A stretch of DNA of 55,123 nt from a virus. Its lineage: Duplodnaviria > Heunggongvirae > Uroviricota > Caudoviricetes. The position numbers were made by a program, and so were the translations under genes. The DNA is taken from positions 118,161-173,283 of IMG/VR virus record IMGVR_UViG_3300029305_003293. The stretch is one strand, 5' to 3'. This document shows, piece after piece, positions 35,445 to 46,836 of this stretch. Each line of letters starts with the position of its first letter. Positions within the stretch are counted from its first letter, which is position 1. The notes under the pieces are model-generated. The model was not told where the DNA came from. It did no database searches and saw nothing but the letters and a program-made list of their open reading frames with translations.

Positions 35445-37076
35445 TTGCGTAATCGAAAGCAAGAGTTGATTAAAGAAAAAGGTTTCGCGATGGCGCCTCG
35501 TCCCAGAGTGATTGAGTCATATACTGCTGATACGGATCTCGAAGAATTGAATGCAATTGATTTTGCCAGACTTCGTGTTGGACTTTAGACTTTGGATGAT
35601 GCTATTTTAGACCTTGGATCTTTAAAAAAGAATAATCGTCAGTTTGGCGATAAGAATACTATTTTAAAGGCGCTTGGTCAAAAAGACTATCGCACATTGA
35701 GAGAAATCTCTAATTATTATTATGAGATGAGCGGTATTTATGAAAGACTTTGTAAATATTTTGCTTTCTTGTATAGATATGATTGGTATGTTGTTCCTTA
35801 TATCAATGAAGAGACTGGAACTGCAAAAACCAAGAATAATAAAGTTCTTGCGGATTTTGCTAAAGTTTTATATTATTTAGATAACTCTGATATAAAAATG
35901 ATGTTTGGCAATATTGCGCTTGAAATTATTAAAAATGGTTGTTACTATGGTTATATTGTAGATACTGCAAAGGGTATGACCATGTAGCAATTGCCGATTG
36001 AGTTTTGCCGCAGTCGTTTTATGCATGGTAATTCTCCTGCCGTTGAGTTTAATATGAAGTTTTTCGATGAAAAATTTGCAAATATTGAACAGCGCATGAG
36101 AATTTTGAAAATGTTCCCAGAAGAGTTTACAAAAGGTTATGTTATGTATAAGAAAGGTAAACTCAAAGATGAGAATGGAGATTTGGGCTGGTATTTGCTC
36201 GATCCTGCATGTGCGGTTAAACTTAATTTAAATGGCAGCGATTATCCAATTTTGGCCAATGCCATTCCAGCGATTTTGGATTTGGATGCGGCGCAGGATT
36301 TAGATCGTCGTAAGACCATGCAAAAATTATTAAAAATTATTATCCAGAAATTGCCTCTTGATAAAAATGGCGATTTAATTTTCGATGTTGATGAAGCAAA
36401 AGATATCCACAATAATGCGGTTTAGATGTTAAAGCGCGCGGTTGGTGTAGATGTTATGACTACTTTTGCCGATGTCGATGTTGCAGATTTAGCGGATAAA
36501 AATACTACAACAACTTCTGACGATCTACAAAAAGTAGAACGCCAGTTGTATAATGCCATGGGTGTTTCTCAGAATTTGTTTAATACTGATGGTAATATTG
36601 CTCTTGAGAAGTCTATTTTAAATGACGAGGCTTCTATGAGAAATCTTATTCTGCAATTCCAAGTTCTTTTAAATAGAATAGTTGGTCGTAAGTTTGGTTC
36701 TAATAAGAAATATCATTTTAGAGTAGTGTTGTTGGAGACGACAGTCTACAACTACATCGAGCTTGCGAAGATGTACAAGGAACAAGTACAACTTGGATAT
36801 TCCAAGATGTTACCTCAAATTGCTATGGGTCATTCACAAAGCGCGGTGATTGCTAACGCCCATTTTGAGAATGAAGTGTTGCATTTATATGAAATTATGA
36901 TCCCACCAATTATGAGTTCTACTATGAATCCCGAGGCCATTTTAGGACAAAAGAATTAGCCTAAAGGTCAAGGAACATAGACTGGTTCCGAATCTGGTTC
37001 TAAAGGTGGACGCCCAGAGAAGTCCAATGATTAGAAGTCAGAAAAGACTATTAAAAATAAAGAATCTGCGAATTAA
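35445..37076 (+). CDS. Portal protein (SPbeta YonE-like); at least 6 TAG
   Basis: Position after the terminase; 543 aa joining ORFs 35592, 35991 and 36426; C-terminal GGRP. Confidence 0.8.
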
Positions 37077-37096
37077 TAAAGGGAGGAAGGGTTAAA

Positions 37097-38470
37097 ATGC
37101 ATATTAGTATTCCTGTTGATAATACAATTGAATTACTTAACTTTACTCCCTTTAACCCTTTAATCTCAAAGTGTTAGATTAAAGTGTGTTATGTGGGAGA
37201 AGATCCTAATAGAAACCATAGCGTCATTACAAAAGATGTCGCCAAGGAGATGGCAAAAACTTTGCCGGGTTCTCCTATTGTAGGTTTCTTTAATAAGGAG
37301 CAAGGCGATTTTGAAGAGCATAATCGCGTAATCGATGTATCAAATGGTAGATTTGATGTTATTGATACAACCCGTCCATATGGTTTTGTTGATTTTTCTG
37401 CAAAAGTTTGGTTTTAGAAGTTTTTAGATGATGGCGTTGAACATGAGTATTTAATGACTGAAGGCTACATCTGGACTGATATTTATCCTGAATCAAAGCG
37501 TGTTATTGATAAAGGAAATAATCAATCTATGGAACTTCATAATAAATTAACTAAAGGAAAATGGACAAAAGATGAAAACGGAAGGGTAAAATTTTTCATT
37601 ATTAATGAAGCAGTAATCCAGAAATTATGTATTCTTGGAGAAAATGTTGAACCCTGTTTTGAGGGTGCCGGTATTGCGGCGCAATTTTCATTCGACGATG
37701 AATTTAAGAATAACTTATATTCAATGATGAATGAGTTAAAACAAGCCTTGCAAGAAGGAGGAGAAACTCAAATGACTGAGGAAATCAAGAATCCAGAAGT
37801 TGAACAGGAGGAAGTACCTGCGACTGAGGATACTGAATTTAAAAAGAAGCCGGAAGAGGAAGAGGAAGAAGAGAAAAAGAATCCTTCTTCTGAGGGCGAA
37901 AAGGATTCAGAGGATAAAGAAGAATCTGATGAATCTAAGAAAGATGAAGAAGAAGACGATGAGGATGAAAAGAAAAAGAAGAAGATGAATCATGCTGCTT
38001 CTGACGAAGAGGAAGAAGAAGTATGTGAAAAGTGCGGAAAGAAAAAGTCTGAATGCACTTGCAAGAATTATTCTTTGGAAGAGATTCCTGAGTATGTCGA
38101 ACTTCAGAATAACTATTCTGCGCTCGAGGAGAGATTTAATGCTCTTACCGCAGAAATTGAGCCACTTCGCCAGTTTAAGGCAGAAGCGGACAAGAAAGAA
38201 AAGCAGGCTATGATTGATAGTTTCTATATGCTTTCTGAAGCTGATAAGGCCGAAGTCGTTGCTAATATTGATAACTATTCTGTAAATGATATTGAAGCTA
38301 AGCTTGCTATTATTTGTGTTCGTAACAAGGTTAATTTCAACCTTGATGAAGATAAAAAAGAGGAAGCCAAAGAAGAACCAATGGTATATTCTTTGACAGA
38401 TAATGATGATGGTGATGACGCACCTGCTTGGATTAAAGCAGTTCGCGAGACCGCCAAAACTATGATTTAA
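37097..38470 (+). CDS. Prohead protease/scaffold (YonD-like); 2 TAG
   Basis: PIVG, RPYGFV, TEGYIWT, NQSMEL and LCILG..VEPCFEGA motifs, then a long E/K-rich scaffold region. Confidence 0.75.
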
Positions 38471-38488
38471 TTAAGGAGGAAGCTAAAA

Positions 38489-39199
38489 ATGGCTTTTAAG
38501 AGTTTTTCACAGGCCGCTATGGTTAACCGTGGTTTTGGCCAGGTCGAGCCTAACCATTTGAGCGCTCGCTTCACTGGTGAGATCTATGCTCAGATGCCAG
38601 CTGCTAAAGACATTAATGTTCTCGAGCAGGGCCAGTTTGTAAAGTATGATTATGCTAATCGTGCTGTTAATTTCACCGGCGTTGGTGAATGGATGTTGGT
38701 ATTCAATGAGATCAAGCTTTATCGTGATTGGGAGACCGATGAGGACTTCGCAATGATCAAGCGTGATTATAATGCTTATGTTTATAGCCTTATGGGTCAG
38801 AACTCCGATGGTTCTATGACTGAGGAGCAGTTGATTAAGACTTACACTTCTCTTGGTCAGCAGGCCACTGGTGAGAAGATTGAAGAGCTCCCAGAACTCG
38901 GACGCCTTCCTGTTGGTTATACTTATGAGCGTGAAGTAATGGAAGATCCTGCTGCAATGCCAGAAGGCACTGTAATGGTTCCTCGTGTATTCAAGACTCA
39001 TGAGGGTGATATTTTCACTACTAATACTGTTAATGCTAAGTTTGACGATGTTAAGGTTGGCGACCTCTTGAAGGTTGGCGACAATGGTATCCTTACCCCT
39101 GGCGGCAATATGGAAACCGATGCTATGGTATGGCAGATCGTTAAGAAGTACACTATGCCTGACTTACAGCCTGCTGTTAAAGTTATGCGTGTGAAGTAA
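38489..39199 (+). CDS. Capsid decoration/structural protein
   Basis: Directly before the capsid gene; high-expression codon bias; no TAG. Confidence 0.65.
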   Translation: MAFKSFSQAAMVNRGFGQVEPNHLSARFTGEIYAQMPAAKDINVLEQGQFVKYDYANRAVNFTGVGEWMLVFNEIKLYRDWETDEDFAMIKRDYNAYVYSLMGQNSDGSMTEEQLIKTYTSLGQQATGEKIEELPELGRLPVGYTYEREVMEDPAAMPEGTVMVPRVFKTHEGDIFTTNTVNAKFDDVKVGDLLKVGDNGILTPGGNMETDAMVWQIVKKYTMPDLQPAVKVMRVK

Positions 39200-39223
39200 T
39201 TTAGGAAAGGAGATTAATTAGCT

Positions 39224-40276
39224 ATGTTAGAAAGAAATGAATTGCTTAAATTAATGAAGGCTACTGCTCAAGCTGATCGCTCCAATCCTGTTGCTTACAG
39301 CTTCAATGGTGAAAGCCTCAATTATGATGCTCTCAACGAGACTCTTCGTCGTGAGCTTAATGAATATGCTGGAACTTATTCTTTGTTCCGTGAAAACAAG
39401 AACTTGATTTTCTCTTTGATTGAGGAGACTATTGATCTTCTCCTTCCAAAGAAGGTTAATGAAAACTATGGTGAATTTGCTGAGACTAAGGTTTATGCTC
39501 AGGGTGATAAGCCAATCTTCACTGTAAAGGGCAACTATCACAATCGTGCAAAGCAGTTCATCACCAAGGTTGGACTTGCTGGTATTTACGAAGTATTCAA
39601 GCTTGGTAAAGAGCGTTCTTTCGAACTCCAGACCAGCGCTTGGGGCGGAGCTGCTTACATTGGCTTCGAAGAGTTCCTTGATGGACATGTTGATTTTGCT
39701 GAAGTAACCAAGATCATCATGGATGGCATGGATGAGTTTGTTTACAAAGAAATCGCTAAGGCTCTTCAGAGCACTATTTCTCAGCTTCCTGAGGCCAATC
39801 GTGTTACTGCTACTGGTTTTGAAGAGGCTTCTTTCGATCGTCTCTTGAGTGTTGCTGCTGCTTATGGTACTCCTTCTATTTATTGTACTTATGAGTTCGC
39901 TGTTAAGATGATTCCTGCTGAGGGCTGGATTTCCGATGCTATGCGTGACGAGAAGTGGGCTAAGGGCTACTTCGCTAATTACAAGGGCTATCGCGTAATC
40001 ATTCTTCCACAGAGCTTTGAGGATGAAACCAATAGCCGCAAGGTTATCGATCCTGGTTTCGTTTGGATCATCCCAGCTGGCCATGAGAAGCCTGTTAAGG
40101 TTGCTTTTGAAGGCAATACCATTGTTGACGAGTGGGTTAACAAAGATCGTAGCCGTGAGATTCAGGTATACAAGAAGGGTGGCGTTGGCGTTATCGCGAC
40201 TCCTGATATCTGTGTATATGTTGATACTGAGCTCAAGGGTCATATGGATGTAATGGATGGTTTTATTAACCTCTAA
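39224..40276 (+). CDS. Major capsid protein
   Basis: 350 aa; synteny; strong codon bias; terminator after; no TAG. Confidence 0.8.
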   Translation: MLERNELLKLMKATAQADRSNPVAYSFNGESLNYDALNETLRRELNEYAGTYSLFRENKNLIFSLIEETIDLLLPKKVNENYGEFAETKVYAQGDKPIFTVKGNYHNRAKQFITKVGLAGIYEVFKLGKERSFELQTSAWGGAAYIGFEEFLDGHVDFAEVTKIIMDGMDEFVYKEIAKALQSTISQLPEANRVTATGFEEASFDRLLSVAAAYGTPSIYCTYEFAVKMIPAEGWISDAMRDEKWAKGYFANYKGYRVIILPQSFEDETNSRKVIDPGFVWIIPAGHEKPVKVAFEGNTIVDEWVNKDRSREIQVYKKGGVGVIATPDICVYVDTELKGHMDVMDGFINL

Positions 40277-40287
40277 TTTATAAAATA

Positions 40288-40322
40288 AGCGGGGCGGGCT
40301 TATACGCCCACCCCGATTTTAT
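40288..40322 (+). terminator. Terminator after the capsid gene
   Basis: GGGGCGGGC-TTATAC-GCCCACCCC followed by a T-run. Confidence 0.7.
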
Positions 40323-40350
40323 TTATTTGTGAGAAAAAGGAGTTTTTATT

Positions 40351-40920
40351 ATGGATATGAATCAGAAAGTGGAAGTGAAGAATCGCAGTCATTCTACTGT
40401 TGTTTATACTCTTCCAGAAATGTCAATTCGTCGTCAATTTACCCCAGGAGAAAGTAAGCAAATTACGATTGCCGAGCTTGAAGCATTGACTTATAGACCC
40501 GGTGGTTTAAATATTATTCTTGATTGTCTTTTGATTAAAGATCAGGGTATTGCTAATCAAATTATTAATCATAAGATTGAACCTGAATATTGGCTTGATA
40601 ATGATGGTATTATTAAGTTGTTAAAAGAAGGAAGTCTTGATGAATTCCTCGATTGTCTTGATTTTGCTCCTGATGGTGTTATTGAGTTAATTAAAGTTGC
40701 TGCTACTAAGTTGCCTTTGAACGATGTCGATAAGCGTCAAGCTTTGAAACAAAAGACTAATTATGATTTGGACCGTGCTTTACTGAATATGCGCTTAGTT
40801 AAAGAGGAAGAAGAAAGTGCTGGAAAGACAGAGGAAGTAAAGGTTGAACGCCGCGTTCAGAAGGCTCCTGCGCGTAGAACAGAGACTCCAAATTATAAAG
40901 TAGTAAAGCAAGGAGAATAA
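40351..40920 (+). CDS. Head-associated hypothetical protein
   Basis: 189 aa; no TAG. Confidence 0.7.
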   Translation: MDMNQKVEVKNRSHSTVVYTLPEMSIRRQFTPGESKQITIAELEALTYRPGGLNIILDCLLIKDQGIANQIINHKIEPEYWLDNDGIIKLLKEGSLDEFLDCLDFAPDGVIELIKVAATKLPLNDVDKRQALKQKTNYDLDRALLNMRLVKEEEESAGKTEEVKVERRVQKAPARRTETPNYKVVKQGE

Positions 40921-40922
40921 TA

Positions 40923-41396
40923 ATGGCGACCACTTTTGAAACTATTATTGATAAGTTTTTAGGGAAAGTCACTGATGATTTATATCTTGAAATGACTCCT
41001 GAAGAAACCATATAGGATGCAAAATAGTTTCTACTTGATGCCATACCTTATTTTGAATTTCCGCGTTTTGCGCTATATGATTATGACGCAGATTTGGAGC
41101 AATATAATATTGAATTAACTGCGGAAGAAATTAATATTTTAGCAATTTTAATGAAGATTACATGGCTTGAAAGATAGATTTATTCTGTTGAAGTAACAAG
41201 AATGAAATATTCTGGCAGTGATTTTAAATTTACTTCTCAAGCAAATCATTTATCAAAATTGCTTAGTGCAAAATCGGAAGCTGTGCGTGAATCAACTCAT
41301 GCACAGCGTTTGTATAAGCGCAGAAAATTTAATGCGGATGGCACAGTGTCCTCTAATTGGAGTTGTCTAATAGAGGAGAGTGCGTTAGATGATTAA
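40923..41396 (+). CDS. Putative head-tail adaptor; TAG read-through
   Basis: MATTFETIIDKFLGKVTDD..YFEFPR..ILAILMK..FTSQANH; in frame with ORF 41202. Confidence 0.65.
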
Positions 41397-41682
41397 AGGA
41401 TTTTCTGAAAAAATTATAAATGCTGATATTAAGCGTTTAATTAATCAAGTTTGGAAACTATTACCTATGAGAGAGAATAATGAAAGTTGGGAGAATCAAC
41501 TTTCATCTGTTCTTGTAGAATTATATGGCTTACATCATATTTTTTGCGGTCAATTAGATTTTCTTATTTTAATTAGTAAATTAGAAGGTCTTAAAGATGT
41601 AAGTGATTTTTATATATATAGAACAACAGTTTTTAGCGCCATATCGCTATTAACTGAATTAGCAAATAGTTTAGATGAATAA
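41389..41682 (+). CDS. Hypothetical neck-region protein
   Basis: 97 aa; overlaps its neighbours. Confidence 0.65.
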   Translation: MIKGFSEKIINADIKRLINQVWKLLPMRENNESWENQLSSVLVELYGLHHIFCGQLDFLILISKLEGLKDVSDFYIYRTTVFSAISLLTELANSLDE

Positions 41683-42607
41683 TCTTGAACTATTAAAAAG
41701 ACGCGCAAGATTAGCTGATAATGACCGCCAGCATTTGCGCATGGTTGAAGGAAAACGAAAGAGTTTTCATAGAGCCTTATTATATTCTTATTAGACTGCT
41801 TGGATTAAAAAAGATGGCGCAGAAGAATATGTTCGCGCATTAATTAATCCAGATAAAGTTAAATTTGATTATGATGAAAAAATCTTGTCTGTTGGATTTG
41901 AACATGGTTTTGAACCCGGAGATAGTTTTGAATGGAAAAATACTGGGACTCATTGGCTAATATTGCGGCAGGAATTAAGTGAATTAGCTTATTTTAGAAG
42001 TAATATTCGTCGTTGCCAATAGTTAGAAGTAACTGATCCAGAAACTGGCGAAAAAGATTAGATCTGGATGGCAATTAGAGGACCGGTTGAAACTAAAATT
42101 AATTCTATTCAAAAAGCAGGAATAGTCGCGGATGTGCCTAATCTTTCTCTTGTATTTTATATAAAAAATACTGAGAGAAATATAAAATTATTTGACAGGT
42201 ATTGCAGATTTGCGTTTGCAGGTAAATATTGGGAAGTTTAGGCTCCTGATATAATTAGCACTCCAGGAATTATTGAAATCACTGCCGAAGAAGATTTTGA
42301 ATGTCATCATGATGAATTAATTATTGAACCAGTTGATCCTAATAAAGAACCCGAAAAATATGAGGCTTTTATTGAAGGAGCAACTTTTGTCAAACCTTTA
42401 GAAACGACAGTTTTTAAAATTAATGGAACTGCTGAAGGAGACTGGTCATTAGAGTTACCTAATGAAAGTAAAGACATAGAAGATATGTTAGAGTGGTCTC
42501 TTGAAAATAATGAATTACATGTTACTTGGATCAGCATGGTTAGTGGTTCATATATAGTTAGTTTTGGTGATTTAAGTAGAACTGTAATTGTATAGTCATT
42601 ATTTTAA
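41675..42607 (+). CDS. Putative head-closure/neck protein; several TAG
   Basis: 310 aa open under code 15; FEPGDSFEW..THWLI..ELAYFRSNIRRC..AIRGPVET. Confidence 0.6.
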
Positions 42608-42625
42608 TAATGATAGGAGAAAAAG

Positions 42626-43372
42626 GTGAAATTAAAGTTAATGACAGGAGTAGATATTCCTATTCCGGATATATAGACTGTCGTTCATTAGCCGAAAATA
42701 ATTGAAATTTCTTATATGGGAGAATTTGAATTTTTTAATTCGGCACAAACTTTTTGTTTTAATAAAGATTTACTTTTAGCAAATAATCCACAGGGCAATA
42801 CTGGTTTGGAAGCTATGAGTAATTTTTAGATATTTATGACATTGATAACAGACGAAAAAGTTAAAGATGTCGAAAAAAGAAGAAATGATATGATGTCATT
42901 TTTTACTTTATTATTTCCCGGATATAATCCACAATTTATGCCAAGAGGAATTTATTTTAATAATCCTGAGAATAAACATAATTTCACTTTAAATGATAGT
43001 AATTTTGATGAAATTCAAAATATTGTTAATTAGATTTGTTGTGTTTAGAGAGATGGTTCAAATAGTGGATTTAATCCAAAAGGTAAGAAGGCTGCGGAGA
43101 TTGCTCAGAAATTGATGCTTGGTCGTGTAAAAACGGCAGAGTCAAAAGGTGAAAAATCTGATAGTGGCATCTTATCTCGTTATGTGTCTATTCTCACGAT
43201 AGGTTTAGAGTCGATGAGCTTAAAAGATTGTTTAAATCTAACGCTTTATCAAATATATGACTTAATCGAAAGATATGGTTTATATACTTCGTGGGATTTG
43301 GATATAAAGTCTCGTCTGGCGGGCGGAAAGCCTGACTCTAAACCAGATGATTGGATGAAAAATATTCACTAA
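42626..43372 (+). CDS. Tail-region protein; several TAG
   Basis: 248 aa under code 15; joins ORFs 42836 and 43112. Confidence 0.6.
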
Positions 43373-43392
43373 AATTAAGGAGGAAACGACCT

Positions 43393-44352
43393 ATGAAATT
43401 TGGCGTTCGCGAAATTTGTGATGTTGTTCTCAAGAAAAAGGCTCCAGGCTGGTTTGGTAAGCTTTATCTCGAAGCTGGCATGCCAGTTATCTATTTTGAT
43501 ACTTTGAAGACTTCTACCCTCGAGGGTGCTGCTACTACTGTTTACGCACAGGGTGGTAAAGGTAACCCACGCTTGGTAGCTTGGGAAGGCGACCGTACTG
43601 TTACTTTCACCATGGAAGATGCTTTGATCTCTCCTGAAAGTTTCTCTGTTCTTTCTGGTGCTGGTTTGATGGATGCTTCTACTGAGCAGCCTATCTTCGT
43701 TCATGCTACTCAGCAAGTTGCTGTTGATGCAGAAGGTGCTATTACTCTTGAGAATAAGCCTGCTGTAGCAGCAGACAGTAAGTATGTTGAAACTTATGTT
43801 ATGATTATGACTTCAGATGGTGCTATTGATACCAGTTTCCCACCTGTTCAGATGGATTTGGTAGCTACTGGTGATACTAACACTGTTACTAATCTTTATA
43901 CTGATTTCAAGAAAGCTTTGGATGCTTATGATGCAAAGTATAAGGATACTGTTCATGGTTATACTGAGCATATTATCCCAGCTAGTCTTTTAAATGATGC
44001 TCAAGATGGTTTTGCTAAAGATACCATTCTTTATGTAGACTATTATGTAAAGGCTAACAAGGGTGTTAAGCAGATTGATATTGAAGCTGGTAAGTTCGGT
44101 GGTTCTTACTATCTTGAGGCTTCTACCTTGTTCCGTGATCAGGCAACTGGTGAGGATTATGCTGCTGAGTTCATCATTCCTAACTGCAAGGTACAGTCTA
44201 ACTTCACTTTCACCATGGCTCCTTCCGGCGATCCTTCCACTTTCACTTTCACTATGGACGCTTTCCCGGACTACACCAAGTTCGATAAGACCAAGAAAGT
44301 TATTGCGGCTCTCCAGATCGTTGAGGATCATGAGGTTGTTAAGAACGGTTAA
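43393..44352 (+). CDS. Major tail (tube) protein
   Basis: MKFGVREICDV..YFDTLKTS..AQGGKGNPRL.AWEGD..FTFTMDAFP; strong codon bias; no TAG; terminator after. Confidence 0.7.
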   Translation: MKFGVREICDVVLKKKAPGWFGKLYLEAGMPVIYFDTLKTSTLEGAATTVYAQGGKGNPRLVAWEGDRTVTFTMEDALISPESFSVLSGAGLMDASTEQPIFVHATQQVAVDAEGAITLENKPAVAADSKYVETYVMIMTSDGAIDTSFPPVQMDLVATGDTNTVTNLYTDFKKALDAYDAKYKDTVHGYTEHIIPASLLNDAQDGFAKDTILYVDYYVKANKGVKQIDIEAGKFGGSYYLEASTLFRDQATGEDYAAEFIIPNCKVQSNFTFTMAPSGDPSTFTFTMDAFPDYTKFDKTKKVIAALQIVEDHEVVKNG

Positions 44353-44366
44353 TTTAAATTTCCATA

Positions 44367-44402
44367 AGGGGAAGCATTTTTATGCTTCCCCTGATTTTTT
44401 TT
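44367..44402 (+). terminator. Terminator after the tail tube gene
   Basis: AGGGGAAGCA/TGCTTCCCCT plus a T-run. Confidence 0.75.
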
Positions 44403-44424
44403 TAGATAAAAAGGAGTGCGATTT

Positions 44425-44955
44425 ATGCGAGTTGGAAAGAATTATTTTGAAGAAAAGAAATCAAGTTTTCTTTCTATCGAAAAAGATTTAGCATTAATTA
44501 TAAAACAAATTATGGAAAATTAGAATTTAATGAAAATGTTATATTATACTTAGCAGGATTGCTTAAAGGCAAAAGATTTATCTAAATAGCAGATTTATGG
44601 AATGCTTAATAAATAGATTAAAATTGTGCCACAAATTAAAATTGATACAGAATGTCCGACCTATGTCTTAATAACATTTACTAATTTTACACCAAATGCA
44701 ACAAATCCAGAATTTAGAGATTTTTATATGAATTTTGATATTCTATGCCATCCTGATCATTGGAATTTAGGAGATTTTTAGCTTAGACCTCATAAAATTG
44801 CTGGCGAATTGGATGCTATGTTTAGAGATAAGAAATTAACGGGAATAGGAACTACACAATTCATCTCCGGTGATAATCTTTTACTTTATGATGATTTGAT
44901 TGGATTTACATTAACATATAAAGTAATTCATGGTATTGAAGATGAGATTCCATAA
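44425..44955 (+). CDS. Putative tail completion protein; several TAG
   Basis: 176 aa under code 15; FDILCHPDHWNL..RP.KIAGELD. Confidence 0.6.
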
Positions 44956-44968
44956 GGAGGTGCTGTAA

Positions 44969-46168
44969 ATGGCTGGTGGATTTTTTGGTGTATCAGTTGA
45001 AGAAGCATTAACCAGATCTGGTATCTTAGATGGAATTATTAAACATTTTTAGAATATGTCACAGGAAGAATGGCGTAAAATTTAGATAATGGGGAATAAT
45101 TTAGATAAAGAATTATTGATTTTACACGATTTAAAGGAGCAATTTAATGCTGCGAATAATTTATTAAAAAAATTTAGTGCAACTTCTTCTGGAAATAATA
45201 CTGATGGGACAAGATAGAAGGGTTCTCTTGAAGCTACATAGAAATTTAATTTAATAAAAAAACAGTTGCAACCATAGTTAATTAAAGTTTTTACGATGGA
45301 ACATGAATTATTAGATACGTTAACTGATGGAGCTACCACTACTGCTGATTATGCAATTTATTATTATGGAGAAGCTTCGGGTGGAAAGCATATAATGAGT
45401 AGTCGTATTGTGGCATCAGATTTATATGCAAGTGATTATTTACAAGTAAATAATTAGGGCAATTTAATGTTATCATAGTAGGTTACTTAGGCTAAAGAAT
45501 TATTAAAAGATACAGAAGATTTGTCTCAAAATGAGCAGGCTTTAAAAGATTTAGATGAGTTAGTAAAAACTATGATGGCGTTTTTTAGAGAATTGTCTTC
45601 TGAATATAATAAAATTAAAACTGAAGCAACTAAAAAACATTTAGGTTATGAGAAAGATCGTATCCATGATGTGCTTTTAGAAATGTAGAAAAATAATGAA
45701 ATTAAAGAGACATTTAATGAACGCGTAAATAGAATGCGAGAATTCTTATTCGCGGGAGGGAAAATAGGTCCTGGCGGTAGAATTAATAGAGGTCATATTG
45801 TAGAAGCATATCGTCATTTACAATAGGCTAGACAAAATGGCGATTCAATTTCTTATTACAAAGCATTACAGCTGGCTTTAAATGATGATCCTTGGTATAT
45901 TGGTGGCGACGTTGGACATACTCAGGTAAAAGCGTTTTTTGATAAAAATGATCGCCAAATTGCAACATATGGTAGTATTGTTAGTTTAGGACATAAATTG
46001 GTAAATATGATTAAAAATGTCGCAAAAACTACATTTGATAAAATCCGCCAGCTTGGTGAATAGAGAATTAAGGGAAAAGACGCGATGGCTTGGAGATAGT
46101 CTGATAAAGAATTACAAGCTTTATTAGAAAAAGAAATTGACGAATTAATGAAAATACTTGACAAATAA
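44969..46168 (+). CDS. 399-aa hypothetical protein with a nuclease-like motif; includes tandem TAG TAG
   Basis: Fully open only under code 15; NRGHIVEAY..GGDVGHTQVK. Confidence 0.65.
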
Positions 46169-46186
46169 AAAATTTTCTGTTATAAT
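46158..46186 (+). promoter_or_regulatory. Internal consensus promoter
   Basis: TTGACA-N17-TATAAT overlapping the end of the previous gene. Confidence 0.8.
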
Positions 46187-46220
46187 ACAATAAAGAATTG
46201 AGAAAAAGGAGATTATTATT

Positions 46221-46745
46221 ATGGCTAAAATTTCTTTAAATAAGATTGCTCCAATTAAAACAGTTGAAGCAAAAATTATTACTATTGCTGATTAGGAAAT
46301 TACTGTTGAACAGTATCTTCCTGTAAATGATAAGCTTGCTATTGTTGAGCGAGTTCTTGATGCAGTAATTGATGATACGGGTTATATGAATCCAGTTCGT
46401 TTATCTATTTTTACAAATTTAGAAATTATTAAGACTTATACCAATATTTCTATTACTGATAAAATGATGGAGAATGCAGCAAAGACTTATGATACTCTTA
46501 TTATGAATGGTGTTCTTGATGCAGTTATTACTGCAATTCCTGATGAAGAGTATAATGAATTATTTGATGCTATTGTTGATTCTGGAGAGCATGTAATTAA
46601 GTATTTGAATTCTTTTGCTGGAATGATGAAAACTATTACTGCTGATTATAAAAATACAGAAATGAACGTAGAACAACTTATGGCAGATCTTGGAGATCCA
46701 GAAAAAATTGGTCTTGTAAAAGATATTCTTGATAAAATTGGATAA
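46221..46745 (+). CDS. Putative tail assembly chaperone; 1 TAG
   Basis: 174 aa; directly before the tape measure gene. Confidence 0.6.
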
Positions 46746-46836
46746 TATATTTTAAATAAAAATGATATAATATAGGAAATTTCGGGTGGCAAAAGCCGCC
46801 TTTTTTGTTATATAAGAGAGAAAGGAGTAATTTAAT

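Noticed and set aside
39251-40243. 330-aa minus-strand ORF
   Set aside because: Antisense shadow of the major capsid gene caused by its codon bias.
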